A stretch of DNA of 42,506 nucleotides, taken from positions 1 through 42,506 of the forward strand of contig JADIIX010000165.1 of assembly GCA_027604505.1 (NCBI GenBank), given 5' to 3'. Positions 1 through 12,500 of this stretch are shown one piece after another (position 1 is the stretch's first letter; the number at the start of each line of letters is the position of its first letter). The stretch comes from Gonapodya sp. JEL0774. Its lineage: Eukaryota. The position numbers and the translations under genes are program-made. Under the pieces are notes generated by a model that ran no database searches, had not been told where the DNA came from, and saw only the letters and a program-made list of their open reading frames with translations.

Positions 1-746
1 ATTATCGACCGACAGTAGACACGGGGGGAGTCTGGAGCCACCGAGCACACGGGCTTCGGTCAGCCGCGTGCCATGAGATGGGCGGCGCCAGGTATTTTTG
101 TACTGGTCACATGTTGTACGGCAGGTGGCACAGCTTTCGGGCATACCGAGTTCAATGATGTTTATCATCAAAACTATTCGAAATGAGCCCGGAGAGCACT
201 CAATTGCATTCCAAAAAGTGGCGAATATTACGAGAATGGTCTGTTTCATCTGGGAGCGCCCGGCGTTGCAGTTTGAAGTCGTGATATTGTTTTGCAGGGT
301 TAACAATCGTCGAAAGAAATAAAATGATATGAAGTGGTGGATCTCAAGAACACGCAACGGGAATACGAAAAATTCTATCATTTCATTCAAGTGGAATGGC
401 TGTAACGCATGGAAGTTTCTTTGCTCCCGTTCGTATGCTCACTGACTTCACATGCCAGTACCAAAAATTAGAACGAGTATATGTCATACTTACGGTGACG
501 TTGCTCAGGAGCAAATTTTTGATCGAACGCTCGCAACGATTCGGGCATTGTTCACGCATCGGAATCGGTAGTGAACAAGACAGCGGAGCTGAGCGGCCGC
601 GTTGCGAGCATGTCAACGGTCAGCATGCCACAGGTCTTAATCAATCCGCTATTCTGAGGAATTACGTCCCGTGTGGTGATATTCAGTCTTCAGTTGGATC
701 ATGCGTATATCAGGGATATGCAGACACACCTCTTCTGCCCACACCA

Positions 747-2451
747 ATGCCGCTTCCTCCCGCACCCCGTCACCACCAACCGCCCGTTCCCTCCGCATCC
801 TTCCTCTCACGAATTGCATCGTACCCTGCAGACCTTGTATGGCTCGCGGCCGAGGAATGGGCGGCCGTGGATGTGGGCGAGTTGCTGAAGGGCGTCAGGT
901 GAGACAGCACGCGAAGGTGGGCGGAAGGGGGGCGCCGGACTAAAGGTCGGCCAACGAGAAATGCTCGAGCAGCGTACTCTCTGGGCGATTTTCGCACATC
1001 GAAAGGATCGGTTCACGGAATGAATAAGTAAAGTGTCTTCACCTCAATGGCACTGACGGGACTCGATGCTTCCCCCAGGTATCCCCTCGCCGCGCTCCTC
1101 AACGCGCTCTTCATTGCATGCTGCATGTATCGGATGCGACCTACGTGTGACTGTGAGGACCCGTTGGGACTGGAGGGCGGAAAGGTGGTGCACGGAGTTA
1201 GTACGGTTGGGGTGAGTCGCAGGATGACAAGGCGGGGTGATAGTGGCCATGACATGGTGCCACATCTGATATGATTTCGGTTGTTTGTTTTGTCCATTTG
1301 TTTCTCTTGGGTTCTCGGATTTGGTATCCTGGCTGCATCAGACTGACCTGGTGTTTTACGGGCTATGGGGCCTAGCGGTAGGGAACGCGCTTCTGCTGGC
1401 TGTGGGGTGTCACAAGACGAGGTTTTTCCATAACGCGTTGAAAGATGTGAGTTGTGGTCTCACAGTCACGGGCGATGGGGTTTCACGTCCGTGACCATAC
1501 ACCATTTCACACTCCGATCGGGACGCAAAAACGAATACATATGATGTCAGCTCCCCATCCGCTCGCCCAATGTACGACGCAAGTCCCTCCACCGACCATC
1601 ATCTCACGACCGACCCCAAATGGACGAAGAGACGAACCAGGGCCGTAGTCTCCTGGCCGCGATGTGGAAGACGGTAGACAATATGTGGGTGGTGGTGGTG
1701 GTGGTGCGGCGTGTGGCGGGTTTTGCGCTTGCCGTGTGCCACGTGCCGCTGTTTGTACGTGTGCGAGTTTGTTTGACACCGACAAGGTCGCTCGGCGGTG
1801 CCGGTGGTTTTTGGTTTCGTGTAGACCCACGAATCTTGGTCTTTCGAGGCGTCGACAGGCGGAGCGGCCGGCAATTCCGACGGCGATGAACGAAGTGGAG
1901 GGGTATGAGATTGCGGTGTGGGATCCGCCAGAGTTCGCAGTCACTGTGTTTTGGTTCGTATTGCTTGTCTGTTCGCGGTGTCCTGGTGTGGTTCCGTAAG
2001 GGCCGCCCACCAGTTTCGCGATTATCAAACCAACCTTTCCCCCCTCCACGCGCCAAGCTTCTTCTCCCCCGCCCACCTCCTCACCCTCTCCCTCATGTCC
2101 GCCTCTACATGGCCCTTCCACCTTCTTGTTGCCGCTCTCTTGAGCCTGCAAACCCACCACACAGTGTCCCTCTACTCCCAACGCACCCTCGACGAGTGCA
2201 TCGTCCGCGACCAGGTTTTCAACGAGTACAATGCAAAATTTGTCTACCCGAGGATAAACATTCAAAAGAGGGACGCGGCCACTATGACTGTCGCAGTCGG
2301 AAGTGGACCGGAGACCCAGGGGACAGTCCACGGGACGCCGGTACACAACAACGCAGGGTACAGTTCGTGGGGGAGGGGGTCGGCCATGGGTTCATCAAGT
2401 CGAGCAACGGAAGGCTGGTCGAAGATGCAGGAGGGGCCGATGCCGCAGTAG
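747..2451 (+). CDS. NUR1: Nuclear rim protein Nur1/Mug154 (DUF2418) family, multi-exon
   Basis: ATG at 747 (MPLPPAPR...FLSRIASYPADLVWLAAEEW). Hydrophobic exons follow (YPLAALLNALFIACC; LWGLAVGNALLL). The C-terminal family signature reads YEIAVWDPPEF..FFSPAHLL...DQVFNEYNAKFVYPR, with TAG at 2449-2451. GT-AG introns, first donor at 899. Confidence 0.75.
1685..1705. repeat. (GGT)n microsatellite at the start of a putative NUR1 intron
   Basis: gtgggtggtggtggtggtggtg read directly from the sequence. Confidence 0.7.
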
Positions 2452-2695
2452 TGAGTCTCCTTACCGAAGTTCGTGGGTCTGTGGGGGTGGTCCTACCTTC
2501 CGATTTTAACGTATCGATATTCAGTCAGCGACAACAACAACACAGTTCGCCATATTATTAATATCATTCAATTGCAATGTGTGTTGCAGAAAATACACTA
2601 AAATTGCATTGCTCTAGCTGTACCATGAGGGTATATATCATTTGGTGTCGTTGATCGTGCAGACCAAAGAAACGTCTCGAAAACGGCCCGTGTCG

Positions 2696-5238
2696 TCAAT
2701 CCACATTGTTCATCTTCCTCTTTTTGTTCTTAACGGGTGTGGCGGCAATTACTACTTTCGCTGCATCCTCAGGCACAGTCAATCCAGGGTTGCACGTCAA
2801 CCGCTTGCCAGGACTCTCCATCGACGGTATCCTCGAGTCCCTACTCGGCGTGGCCGGTATCGAAGAAAATGGATTACTTTCCTCGCCATACCCCGCGGGC
2901 GCGCTCGTCGATTCCCACAAGTTCCTCGCAACGCTATGCCCGCTGCTGTTAAGCGTTCGGATCGTCTGACTGCCAGATGGTCGCGTAGGTGTGTACGCAA
3001 GTGTTAATCCATTCCGTCGCGTGTCATGTAAGTCATCCAAGACATCCTCGTCCATCGAATCCGCGTCCCGCGGCCGCGCTGGCGCAAAGGGTCCTTGGAG
3101 ACGACTCCCCAGAAGCTCCCTGCCAAGCTGTTCGTTGAGCTCGTCCATATGTTTTCGGAAGGCCTTTTGCACATTAATGACCACTTGGAGATTGTTACTT
3201 CGACAAAAGCAGCGGACCTTGGTTTCTCCGAACACCTGCGAACGATGATGAGAGTCAGGTCTTGTTCTGCAGAGGTTCCTAATACAACAAGTTCGCGGTA
3301 ATTACCTCAGGAATCAGGTTCGAGATTGACTCGGACGCGATTCCGATGGGTTTGTCGGGTTCTGGTGTGATTGCCATGCGAGCGAACAATCAAGCGTTAG
3401 GGGGTTAGAAAAGGAAGCACTTTTGAAAAACACGCACCATACTTGGTGTAGAACTTGACACGATGCAACGGATTGACGTCGTCACCTAATGGATGGTACG
3501 CGAGCTTATGGAATTGGACGATGATGTCCTCCTCTTTAACATTCGCCGACGCTTCTGCGCATGCGGCAATATGACGCGCTGTGACATTGCCCAACTCTTT
3601 GTTCACGTAATTTCGAAGATCGGTTGGTATGAGGTATTCGTCCTTTGGCGTAAAAGTTTCAATGGTCAGCATCTGTCTAACGGACTGGACCGACCCACAC
3701 ATACCACGAATCGGTAAAGTTCTCTTCGATCTATTCGTAGCAATATGTCTCTGGCCTTTTTCAAACCTTCGTTTGTTTTACCCCTCCGTCGAATATCGTT
3801 GAAAATGGTGTCGTCAAACGATTCAAAAGCCTCCCAATCGCCGTTGATTACGGCGGCGGAAATGCCCAACTCTTCGTTAGCCTCCAGCAAAGCGTCCACG
3901 TGCATGAATTCGATGGCTTTCGCAGCGCGATGGCCATATATACGGCGATGAAGTCGGTTGCGCGTCGCAAAAAAATCGATAATCTCTTCGGGCTATTAAG
4001 AAAAACGTTGGTCATCCTGGAATAGAAGGTACCACATATTCTCGCATACTCGCTTGTTTATACGCGTAGGCAATTTCATCTTCCACAATGCGGGAGTTGT
4101 TCATGAGACGAGAAACGTCGTAACCGACCATTCCCACATTCCGAGTATCCCGTACCATATAATCATACTTACAGAAAAATTACTCAGCAAAACTCCCTCG
4201 GGACAGCATTGAGGCAGTGAATTGCGACTTACCTTATCCACATCAATGCTGTTAGTCTTGTTTGAAACGATGTCAAACAGAAATCGCTTCTCCGTTCGGA
4301 CCCCTGGTACGCTTCCATCTATCAGTTGGTTGATAAACTTTATGTCTGAGCTGTCCATATCAATCTTGGAGCTTTGATCAATTAACCGCCTTCGGCAAAA
4401 ATGCAATTAAGCTCAGTTGCAAAGCGCGCCCGCGGTCGGAACCACGTGATACTCACGAAACCATCGCCTGACTCCAATCTTCATGTTTCCATTTGACGGC
4501 ACCAGCCGCCTTTGGCATGAACTCCCCATCGAAAACGTGGCTGGGTCCCGTGTTGTAAAATCAACTCTGGTTCTCCAGGGCACCGCGCACACAAAACGAA
4601 GTTTTACCTCATAATTCCATGTCCCAAGTCATGCAACAATCCAGCGAGCATCACGCACGTTTTCTCTCGCTCCGTGATTTCGGAAGTGGGCTGGCGAGTC
4701 CTGAAGTGTTCAATTTGTCTTCCTGCAAGATAACAGACACCAAGAGAATGTTCAAATCGGTTGTGACTTGCACCAGGGAACACGTAGTCTTGTTATTGCA
4801 CAGAAGGTCGAATTAGTGGAACAGAAGTTTAACTTCCATTGTTGAACTTACAGGTGGTTCCAAGCTGTCGAATATTGCGGAGCCTATAACAATGCAGAGT
4901 TTTAGGAAGCTGAGAAAGCCGCGCAAGCGGTTGGAGACAGAGAACAATCGATAAATGGGCGCTCACCTCTGGAACTGTGGGGTGTCTATGAAGTTCACAA
5001 TATCAAGCGGAAACTCCATATCATCGTGGATAGGATCATGAAACACCTTAGTTAGAGTGATGGGATGGAATTTCAAAGGTGTTGGAGTGACAAAGCACGA
5101 GAATCAATTGAGCGTCCATCCCTCCGAAGTGAAGATCGAGAAAAGCTGTGCAGGTCCACTGCAATTTGGGGTTGCAAACTGCTGAAATACCTTGGTCTTG
5201 ATGTACGCAGAGCGACGTGCGCCCTCTGATTGATCCAT
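2696..5238 (-). CDS. SAMHD1-like HD-domain dNTP triphosphohydrolase (no SAM domain), multi-exon
   Basis: Spliced translation: [70 protein letters not shown]...[15 protein letters not shown]...[17 protein letters not shown]. The metal ligands H...HD...D of SAMHD1 are all present. The protein ends ...[14 protein letters not shown]. Confidence 0.9.
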
Positions 5239-5382
5239 CGCTCAATTGGGAAAACAGGATGGTGAGTTCGCACTTGGAGGAAATGTCTGAACAAAATACA
5301 ATGTACTGCGGCAGTTGGTTATAGGTCACACATTCTCTAAATGTTCATTTATATATTTCATGATCAAAATTTCTCCACATTG

Positions 5383-6520
5383 TCAAATACCATTAAAATT
5401 TAGCAAGGTACCATTTGTCTGCTGTTGGATACCCGTCACTGCGGCCTCCACCTTGGGCTTCAGGAAATTGACCAAAATTGCTCCAAGAATTCCCAGAACG
5501 ATTAAAAATATGAGAGCCATGAAGATTTTATCCGTTGCAAGTCGTCTTCGAAGATCAGGTATTGCATGGAGGAAATTTGCGTGTGGACTCTTCACTGCAT
5601 CATGGTTTGTACTCTGAATAAACTCACCGCATAAAGACACGCAGTTGCTTTTCAGCTCGCTTCAGATTGCTGCCAACCTGGTCCATGGCGTCATCGATCT
5701 TCTTGATCTCCTCCGTTTGTCTCTTGAGTGCTTCGTTGACGTCCATCCCGATCTAAATCGAGCGGATTCTGCCATATTCATTCCGCGTGTCTGCTCGTAC
5801 ACAGACTCACATGTATTGTCTCTTCAATAACATGCTTTGTTCTTGCGGTAGATGCCAGACTCTTCCCTTGAATGCCGATTCCCGTCTGAGTCATCTCTCT
5901 TGCATTCATTTGATCCAACGCTGTCAATGGGGATGTCGCTGAATGCCACGAAAGGCGATAAGCCACGACGAAGTCTCACGTTTCTGGCCCAAATCATCCC
6001 GTTCGGCACTCGTCTCCGCCCATTCAACATCTTTTTGCAATTGTCGAAGTTGCTCTTCGTAATCACGGGTTTTCTTTCATCGAGTAATAGCTGAGTAAGA
6101 GCGAGCGATGTCCGCGTTCGCAAGTGTTGCACACACCGTATCCCACGACATTTTCTGATCCGGTGGGAGACTCCGAGATTCGACCACCATGCTCCGCAGT
6201 ACATTCTTAGAGCGTAGTATTCGATTTTTCAAGTAGGAGCATTTCTGCAATACATGAGTGAAGCGCACCAACTCGCTGAGAGCGACAACACGACTTTCAA
6301 AGAGAAGAGAAGCTCGCCTCCATTCGCTCTGCACCTCTCATTTTGGAGACCTCATTCGCCAGACAATCCCTTATTTGATTCATTAGTTCCAGGAGCTCAT
6401 CATTGTAGTCATCGAGGTCTTCCCACCATTCGCGAAGTAGAACAGACATCAATAAAGGAAACGGTCAAGTTACCGATTGAGTGCGAGGCATTCAGACAAA
6501 CGGCGGTCGTTACCAGACAT
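5383..6520 (-). CDS. NPSN: NPSN (novel plant SNARE)-type Qb-SNARE, tail-anchored
   Basis: SNARE motif IGMDVNEALKRQTEEIKKIDDAMDQVGSNLKRAEKQLRVFM, then RRLATDKIFMALIFLIVLGILGAILVNFLKP. The ATDK + TM + P tail is characteristic of NPSN. The start is inferred as a 7-nt exon ATGTCTG (6520-6514) spliced to DLDDYNDELL. Confidence 0.75.
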
Positions 6521-6675
6521 GGTCGCGTGATGGAAAGGATTTTGAGTTGATGAATTCTCTGCAATCGAAGATGCCCATGCCGAGTGCCACGGTTTTTGTA
6601 CTGTTCGCCATCATCTTCCATCTCTCCTGTCTCATTTTAAAAGAGAGGCGGTGATTATATCACTTCAAATACAGT

Positions 6676-7689
6676 CTATACGGCAGGATTGGAAAGCCAA
6701 TCCAATTTCAGATTATCTAAATGTTCGTCGAAGTCATGAAGTCCCTCGATGTGGGAGCGATTACTCGCAATTTCAAAAGCTGCAGGGAATGCTTCTGCTA
6801 CCGAGAATCTGAGCGAAACCAAGAAGCATTTTATCAATTACCAGTCACTGCGAAAGTTCAGATAAAGGGTACAGGTGGAGTGTGATCACACACCGATCGA
6901 ACGCTCCTTTCCAAGCCGTTCCATCTCGAGTGTATGGCTGAGGCCACACGAAATTCATGTCAATTCACAGCTTTGTTGAACGTGGTGCAAAGCGTTGTCA
7001 GCATAATCTTCACTCACTACAACAGCATGGTCCGTCGATTTTGCGCCCAGTTTGGAGGGATCCACCTGTCAAAATGATGAAGTGATTCAGTTTTGTTGCC
7101 GCAAAACTGATGATAGCTTGCGAGATGGTTGCACGTTGGGCACGGTGGTGCTGATAAAACAGAGGCACCTCACGAATGATTGTTTCGGTGATGGCCTCCT
7201 AAGAAACGCTCCGGAGACGCCAATTGGATTTTAAAGGCCGTCAGCGCGAAGCTCACCATCAGGAGGAGCACATTCGAGTTGAGCACCTGGTCTAGTGTTG
7301 ATGCTATCTTCGTGGCGACGACAGACGGTGCTTTATCTGTCAGGTTTGCATGGTAGTACCCCACAATTTGGAGGCCTATGGACACTGCGTATTGTTCCGC
7401 CTGGTGTCGACATTCAACGATTCCACATAGTCGCTGTTGAGAGAAGCTGCCGATGGAGATTCAAGGCATCTTTTCAGCATACCTGAGAGACTGCAATCTC
7501 CAGCATGGGGGTCAGATTGACGTTGGTGTGGAATAAGGGAATGGCATCCAAGATATCCGTATGCTGTGATTCCCCTGATCCGCTTTTCTTCCCGATTAAG
7601 AGTCCATTCACGTTCGTAGAATAAGGAAATTTTGTGGCATGGAGAATAACTTTTCGGTAAGACTTTGAATTGAGTTTGTAAGTTGGCAT
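6676..7689 (-). CDS. EMC8: ER membrane protein complex subunit 8/9 (UPF0172, MPN-like)
   Basis: MPTYKLNSKSYRKVILHATKFPYSTNVNGLLIG...DAIPLFHTNVNLTPMLEIA; IVGYYHAN; C-terminus LHDFDEHLDNLKLDWLSNPAV*. Confidence 0.9.
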
Positions 7690-7885
7690 GGATGTTGTCT
7701 GTTTGATCGATATAGATGTTGCAAGGCTGAACGTGTGGTGAATGTGGTCCCGACGACGCACCATTCAAAAGGAGCAATGCCACTACGAAACTGGGAACAA
7801 AACCTATTGTGCTAGTCTATGTACATGCTATGGATGATAATTCTGCTCGAGTATACCGTCCGCTGTGGTCCCGAGTTTGTCGGAT

Positions 7886-9340
7886 TTATGTCCGCACCTC
7901 GTACTCTGGTAGAACATTATCGTACTCTGTGAGAAAAAGCTTTTTGTTGTTCTTGGCCATCCACCTATTGGCATTGATTGACGATGAAAGGGGAGCGTTG
8001 ATAAACCTCTGTACTGTGTTAGACCACACGGGCTTCACTCACTTCAGTATATCTTCGAGATACTGACGGAGGAGATTTGTTGCATCAGTGTCCATGTTCG
8101 TATGGGCGATGAACGAGGGCATTTGCACTAGAAGAACAAACATTTTTTAGTACAACACACCATAAGCGGAGAGTCATTTCAAATTGGTCATACCAAAGAG
8201 GCGAAGCAGATGCTCAGCACCATACACATCACTCATTTCCTTTCCTTGACTCTTCGCAAGTAAATCCTGATATTGCGCTCTTTCAAAGCGGTAGAGCAAA
8301 ACATTGCCGAGGGAGCGATCAAAGTACAGCTTGATACCGTCCAGAACTTCGTTCAAAACATCATCCGAGCGCGACTCTCGAGAAGCAGCGGTGCCATTGG
8401 AGGAACCCGCCGCTGAGGCGGCCGGTTTGTTGGCAACCTTAAACTCTCTATACTGCTCCAGCACTTGGGTTACCGTGGGGTTCCTCGGGAGTGTGACAAC
8501 CTATTTCCGCCACCGAAGAACATAACACTCTAGTACCTTGCACTGCCGTATGATCGAGGGTGAGAGTGTGTGGACATCACCTGCCGGTTCTTGGTTACAC
8601 GTTCCCAGTCGTCTACTAACTGAAGCTTGAGAATATCCGGAATAGGGATCTTAATCTCCGGTCTATTTTTAAAGTCCTCGTCGTTTTCTCCAGTGTCCCT
8701 CGGTCGCTTTTTCCCACGGTCGGTACCAGAATCGGCGGCATCCTTCTTCTTTGTTTCTTCCTTCTTCTTCTTGCTATTGACCGTATCCATTAGTTGCTTT
8801 TGAAGCTTCTGTGAAGTTTCTGTTATCTTCATAACGCGCGTCTCCGGAACCCACTCGTCCCATCTGGAATCCGAGATCGAGTGGGAAAGGGCAGGCGGGA
8901 AATGTCTGAGACTGGTGCACCCACGTGTCTTTCCATCCTTTATAATGAACAAAATAATGAGGGCTTCCCGCCGCAGAAGTTTCACTTTTGCTATGGAAGT
9001 TCCTGTTCTCCTTCAGGATCTGGCAATGGAAGGTAACAGACACGGCGTTTGGCGTCACGAGCGAGCCGTGCCAGACACATCACACAGTCAATTCTCCGAT
9101 TTCAAATTGATTCAGGAAATGCTCTTTGGATTCTCACCTTCGCCTCTGGGGAGATTTCCGTTCCAGATTGTGTTGACCCATAAAGGTTCCAGCGACAATC
9201 ATCCAAAGATTTGAGACAATGAGCGAGTTTCCAGGCCATCTCCGACACTTACCGTATATCAGAGGGCCATGGTAGCAAAGAACTATGTCTCCGACCTTGT
9301 GGCCGCCATCCGCAGGATCCACATCCATTTTCGCGGACAT
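7886..9340 (-). CDS. EAF3: Eaf3/MRG15 chromo (tudor-knot) + MRG domain protein
   Basis: VLCYHGPLIY; YFVHYKGWK..WDEWVPETRV; IPDILKLQLVDDWERVT; LYFDRSLGNVLLYRFERAQY; DVYGAEHLLRLF; ends EYEVRT*. Confidence 0.93.
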
Positions 9341-9510
9341 TGAACTATGATAACTCGATCGATGACTGGCGTCGAAGCAAAGCGTGAAGGTTTCCCAAAA
9401 ACTCGCGCTGATTCAAGGTGACAGTAGGACGCTGTTACAGATGAGGTTCGTTGGTCGGGGTGGAAGTTCTCCAACGCACACCTTCCCGCATGGAGGCAAA
9501 CACCCAAAAG

Positions 9511-9577
9511 CCCAAGCCATGTAATAACCCAAGCCATGTCCATGTAATAAGCCATGTAATAATTAGATGGCTTATTA
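9511..9577. repeat. Short degenerate tandem repeats (ccatgtaataa x3) plus an 11-bp inverted repeat
   Basis: taataagccat (9545-9555) and atggcttatta (9567-9577) are exact reverse complements; cccaagccatgt occurs twice. Confidence 0.75.
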
Positions 9578-9588
9578 TCACCTATGAA

Positions 9589-12500
9589 TCAGGAGCCCAA
9601 CAACTCCACCCTCTGTTTCTCAATAAGTCGTTCCAAATTCTGACACCGGATTGTCAGCTCTTCAACCTGCGCCCGAAGGGATGCAATAACCTCATCCTTC
9701 GCCCCCAAAGCTTTCTTTACTCGTGTCTCAACAAGCGAGAGGGTATTCTCCTAGAATCGGAAGAGTCAGAATTAGATGTGCACGGAGCTATGTCCAGACT
9801 TGTAGAATCACCTTCTGGTTGCTGGCGACCTCGAGCTCCTGTTGATATTTACACCGCTCAACTTCCAACTGTGTGCGCAAAGCGGTCAAATCCTCTCGTA
9901 GCGATTCAATAGTAGAATCTTTTTGTGTCAGTTGATGTTGGAAGCCTTGACCTTGTTTGGGAAATCATACGTCAACAACCACATATGATATTCAATCCGT
10001 CCGTCACCGATTCTCACGGATATTTTCGGACAGGGTCTCCTCGTCAACTCTGAGTCGAGAAAGCTCAGTTTTTTGCTGCCTCAGGAGGTTTTCCTGGTAG
10101 GAACGCATAGTTAGGTTTGAGCGTTTGCTAAGTCATAACCCTCTCCACGTACCCGAGCAACCCCTGCTGTCTCCAATTTCATCACTTTTCGTCTCGCATC
10201 TTCCTCTTTGGTGGTCATTTCTCTCAAATCCCTTTCCAGCGTCAAAACTTTTTCAACTGCCGCGGCATGCGCGTCGCGCACTTGTTTGACTTCCTCAGCA
10301 TTCTCTGCACGAAAACGCTCCATTTCCAGACGTTGCCGACGGGTGGATTCCGATGAATTCGAACTTGATTCCGATTCGATGCGTTGAATAACTAGTTCAA
10401 TTTCTGCATCGCGCTCCTGAATAAGCTTTTCTTTGAACAGTTTCTGTTCCGTAGAGGTGGGTGGGCGAAAGAAAAAGTCAATACGCGGTAATCTAATTCG
10501 TTCAAATGGGCTCCCGCCCACCTCTCTCGCTCTCATTTCTGTCTCAACCTTGTTCATATAGCGTTCTTGCCACTCCTCTTTCTCCACCACCATCCGCTCT
10601 TTCAACTGACCCATTTCAACTGCACTGCGCCTCTTCATTTCCTCGAGCGCCTGCTCTCCTCGCTCCCTCTCAGTTTCAACCGCTCTCCGGAGTGCCGCCT
10701 CACGCTTACTGACTTCCTCCATGTCTCTCCGCCGCTCCTCCTTCACCTGTGCAAGAGACAACTCTTTCCGCTCCTCTAGTTCGGCAACCAGCTTCCGCTT
10801 TTGTTGGGAAAATTCCATCTCATCCCGCTCCAGTTGCTTTTGATATCGCTGCCGAGCAAACTCGCGCTCTTGCTCAGCAGCTGACTGCCGCTCAATGTTG
10901 ATGCGATGAAGAAGTTGCTCCTTAATGAATCAGCAAGGGGATTATTGAAAATGCTCCATGCGCGGGTGCCTTTGAGTGTAATGAGAGCTCACTATTTGAC
11001 GTTGATGGTTTTCGTTCATTGTCGCCTTCTCCTTCTGTAGATCATCCTTGTAGTTCTCCTCCATTTGTCTGAGTTGCATTTTGTGTTGCTAACTCAATGC
11101 AAATTCAAACTAGTATCACAACTGAGCATCATAGCTCACGACTCACTGCCAGCATCCTTTGTATCTCCGGCTCGAGTCCCTTAATCGTCTGGTCTTTGAT
11201 CGCTTTGGTCCTCTCTTGAGCCCATTTGTCCCTTCTCACTTTCTCGGCTGCTGCCCATAGTTCACGCTGCTGCTTCAGTTCACGAGCGTTGAGGTCTTGC
11301 AGAGACTTGGTCTTCAACGATAAAGTTCAACCCAAGCGTCTTACATTGAGAGTAAATTGCCCAAAAACCACACCTCACCTTTTCCCGAAACTCCTTCTCC
11401 ACTGCCTTCACTTCGTCTCCCATCTGTTCACATTTTCTTGCAATCTCTTCCTTCTCCTTGACTAATCGGTCACAGAGGGCCAAATGTCTGCGAACAACGG
11501 CCTCATATTCCTTGCGTTGAAGAGCGAGCTTGGATTTGAGGTCCTTCTTGCTAGGAATCATACAAAATGTGAATTGTGGTTTGCAAATGTATGTTAGCAG
11601 GCAGTGGTAACGTACTATTCCTCTTCTCGCTCCTTTATTTCTTCACGTGTTCTCTTGAGATCTTTTCTCAAAGCTGCCACTGTCCTAGACTTATCTTCAA
11701 TCTCAACTTGTTGCGATGCCAAGCGAGCTTTCACTGCAGACAGAACTTTTGCAGAGCCAACGGTCGAATGCTTTAGTGGCGTCATTCTAAAGCACCAAAA
11801 CACTTTCTCTCACCTGATCCCGCCTCGGCTTCTACTTTTGTCCCTCCAATTCCGCACATCGCAGAGGCGGAATGCCTTTCAATATCTTTCTCCTCCTCAC
11901 AGCCACGCAACAAGTCTAGTATTCTATCGACACGGCGATCTACTGGGTCAACTTTCGGTGGAGACTTTGCCACATCATTTTGAGGCCTTGAATCAAGAAG
12001 AGAAGAAGAAGGCCAGGTTCCACTAGGTGACACGGCATGCATGGTTGGGCCGCATAGAGCGAGTGTTGAGCAAGAAGAGGCCGGGGACAGGATCTGGGCT
12101 CCTTGCTCCTCCGCCGATGACGGCGGTGCAAGGATCAGAGTCTGGGAGGGAACCTCAAGCGTTTGGATCCCCGAATGCGGAAACTTTGTCTGATCTTGGT
12201 CGAAAGCGACATCAATGGTACTGTTGCTGCCACACAAACTTCGCCCCTGTTGCAGAGGCTGTGGTGAACAATGTGAAATCGAAGATTGATACTGTGATTG
12301 ATAGCGTTCGTCTGGTTCTGAACTATCCTGAGCAATATCTTCAACGTCCACCGTGTGCAGCATTTCATTGGTGTCTTCGTGGTGCTCCACCTGTACTTTC
12401 TCAAAAAAAAGTTCCTCTTCCATTGCATGGTCACCGTCCAAGCGATGAGCAGTTATGGAGTATTTTCCATTCGAATCACTGAGCTCAGACAGCGATGGCG

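Noticed and set aside
1..322. Possible 3' end of an upstream plus-strand gene (donor near 91, acceptor near 298, ...VNNRRKK*)
   Set aside because: No recognisable protein motif and the reading frame is ambiguous, so it cannot be supported.
1507..2346. 279-aa minus-strand ORF
   Set aside because: Antisense shadow of NUR1 exons and introns, with no recognisable domain.
7074..7110. ATGATGA...CTGA resembling a C/D box snoRNA
   Set aside because: Only 37 nt long and antisense to the host intron; too short for a snoRNA.
9511..9577. Short repeats as a CRISPR-like array
   Set aside because: Irregular 11-12 bp microduplications with no spacers, in a eukaryotic context with no cas genes.
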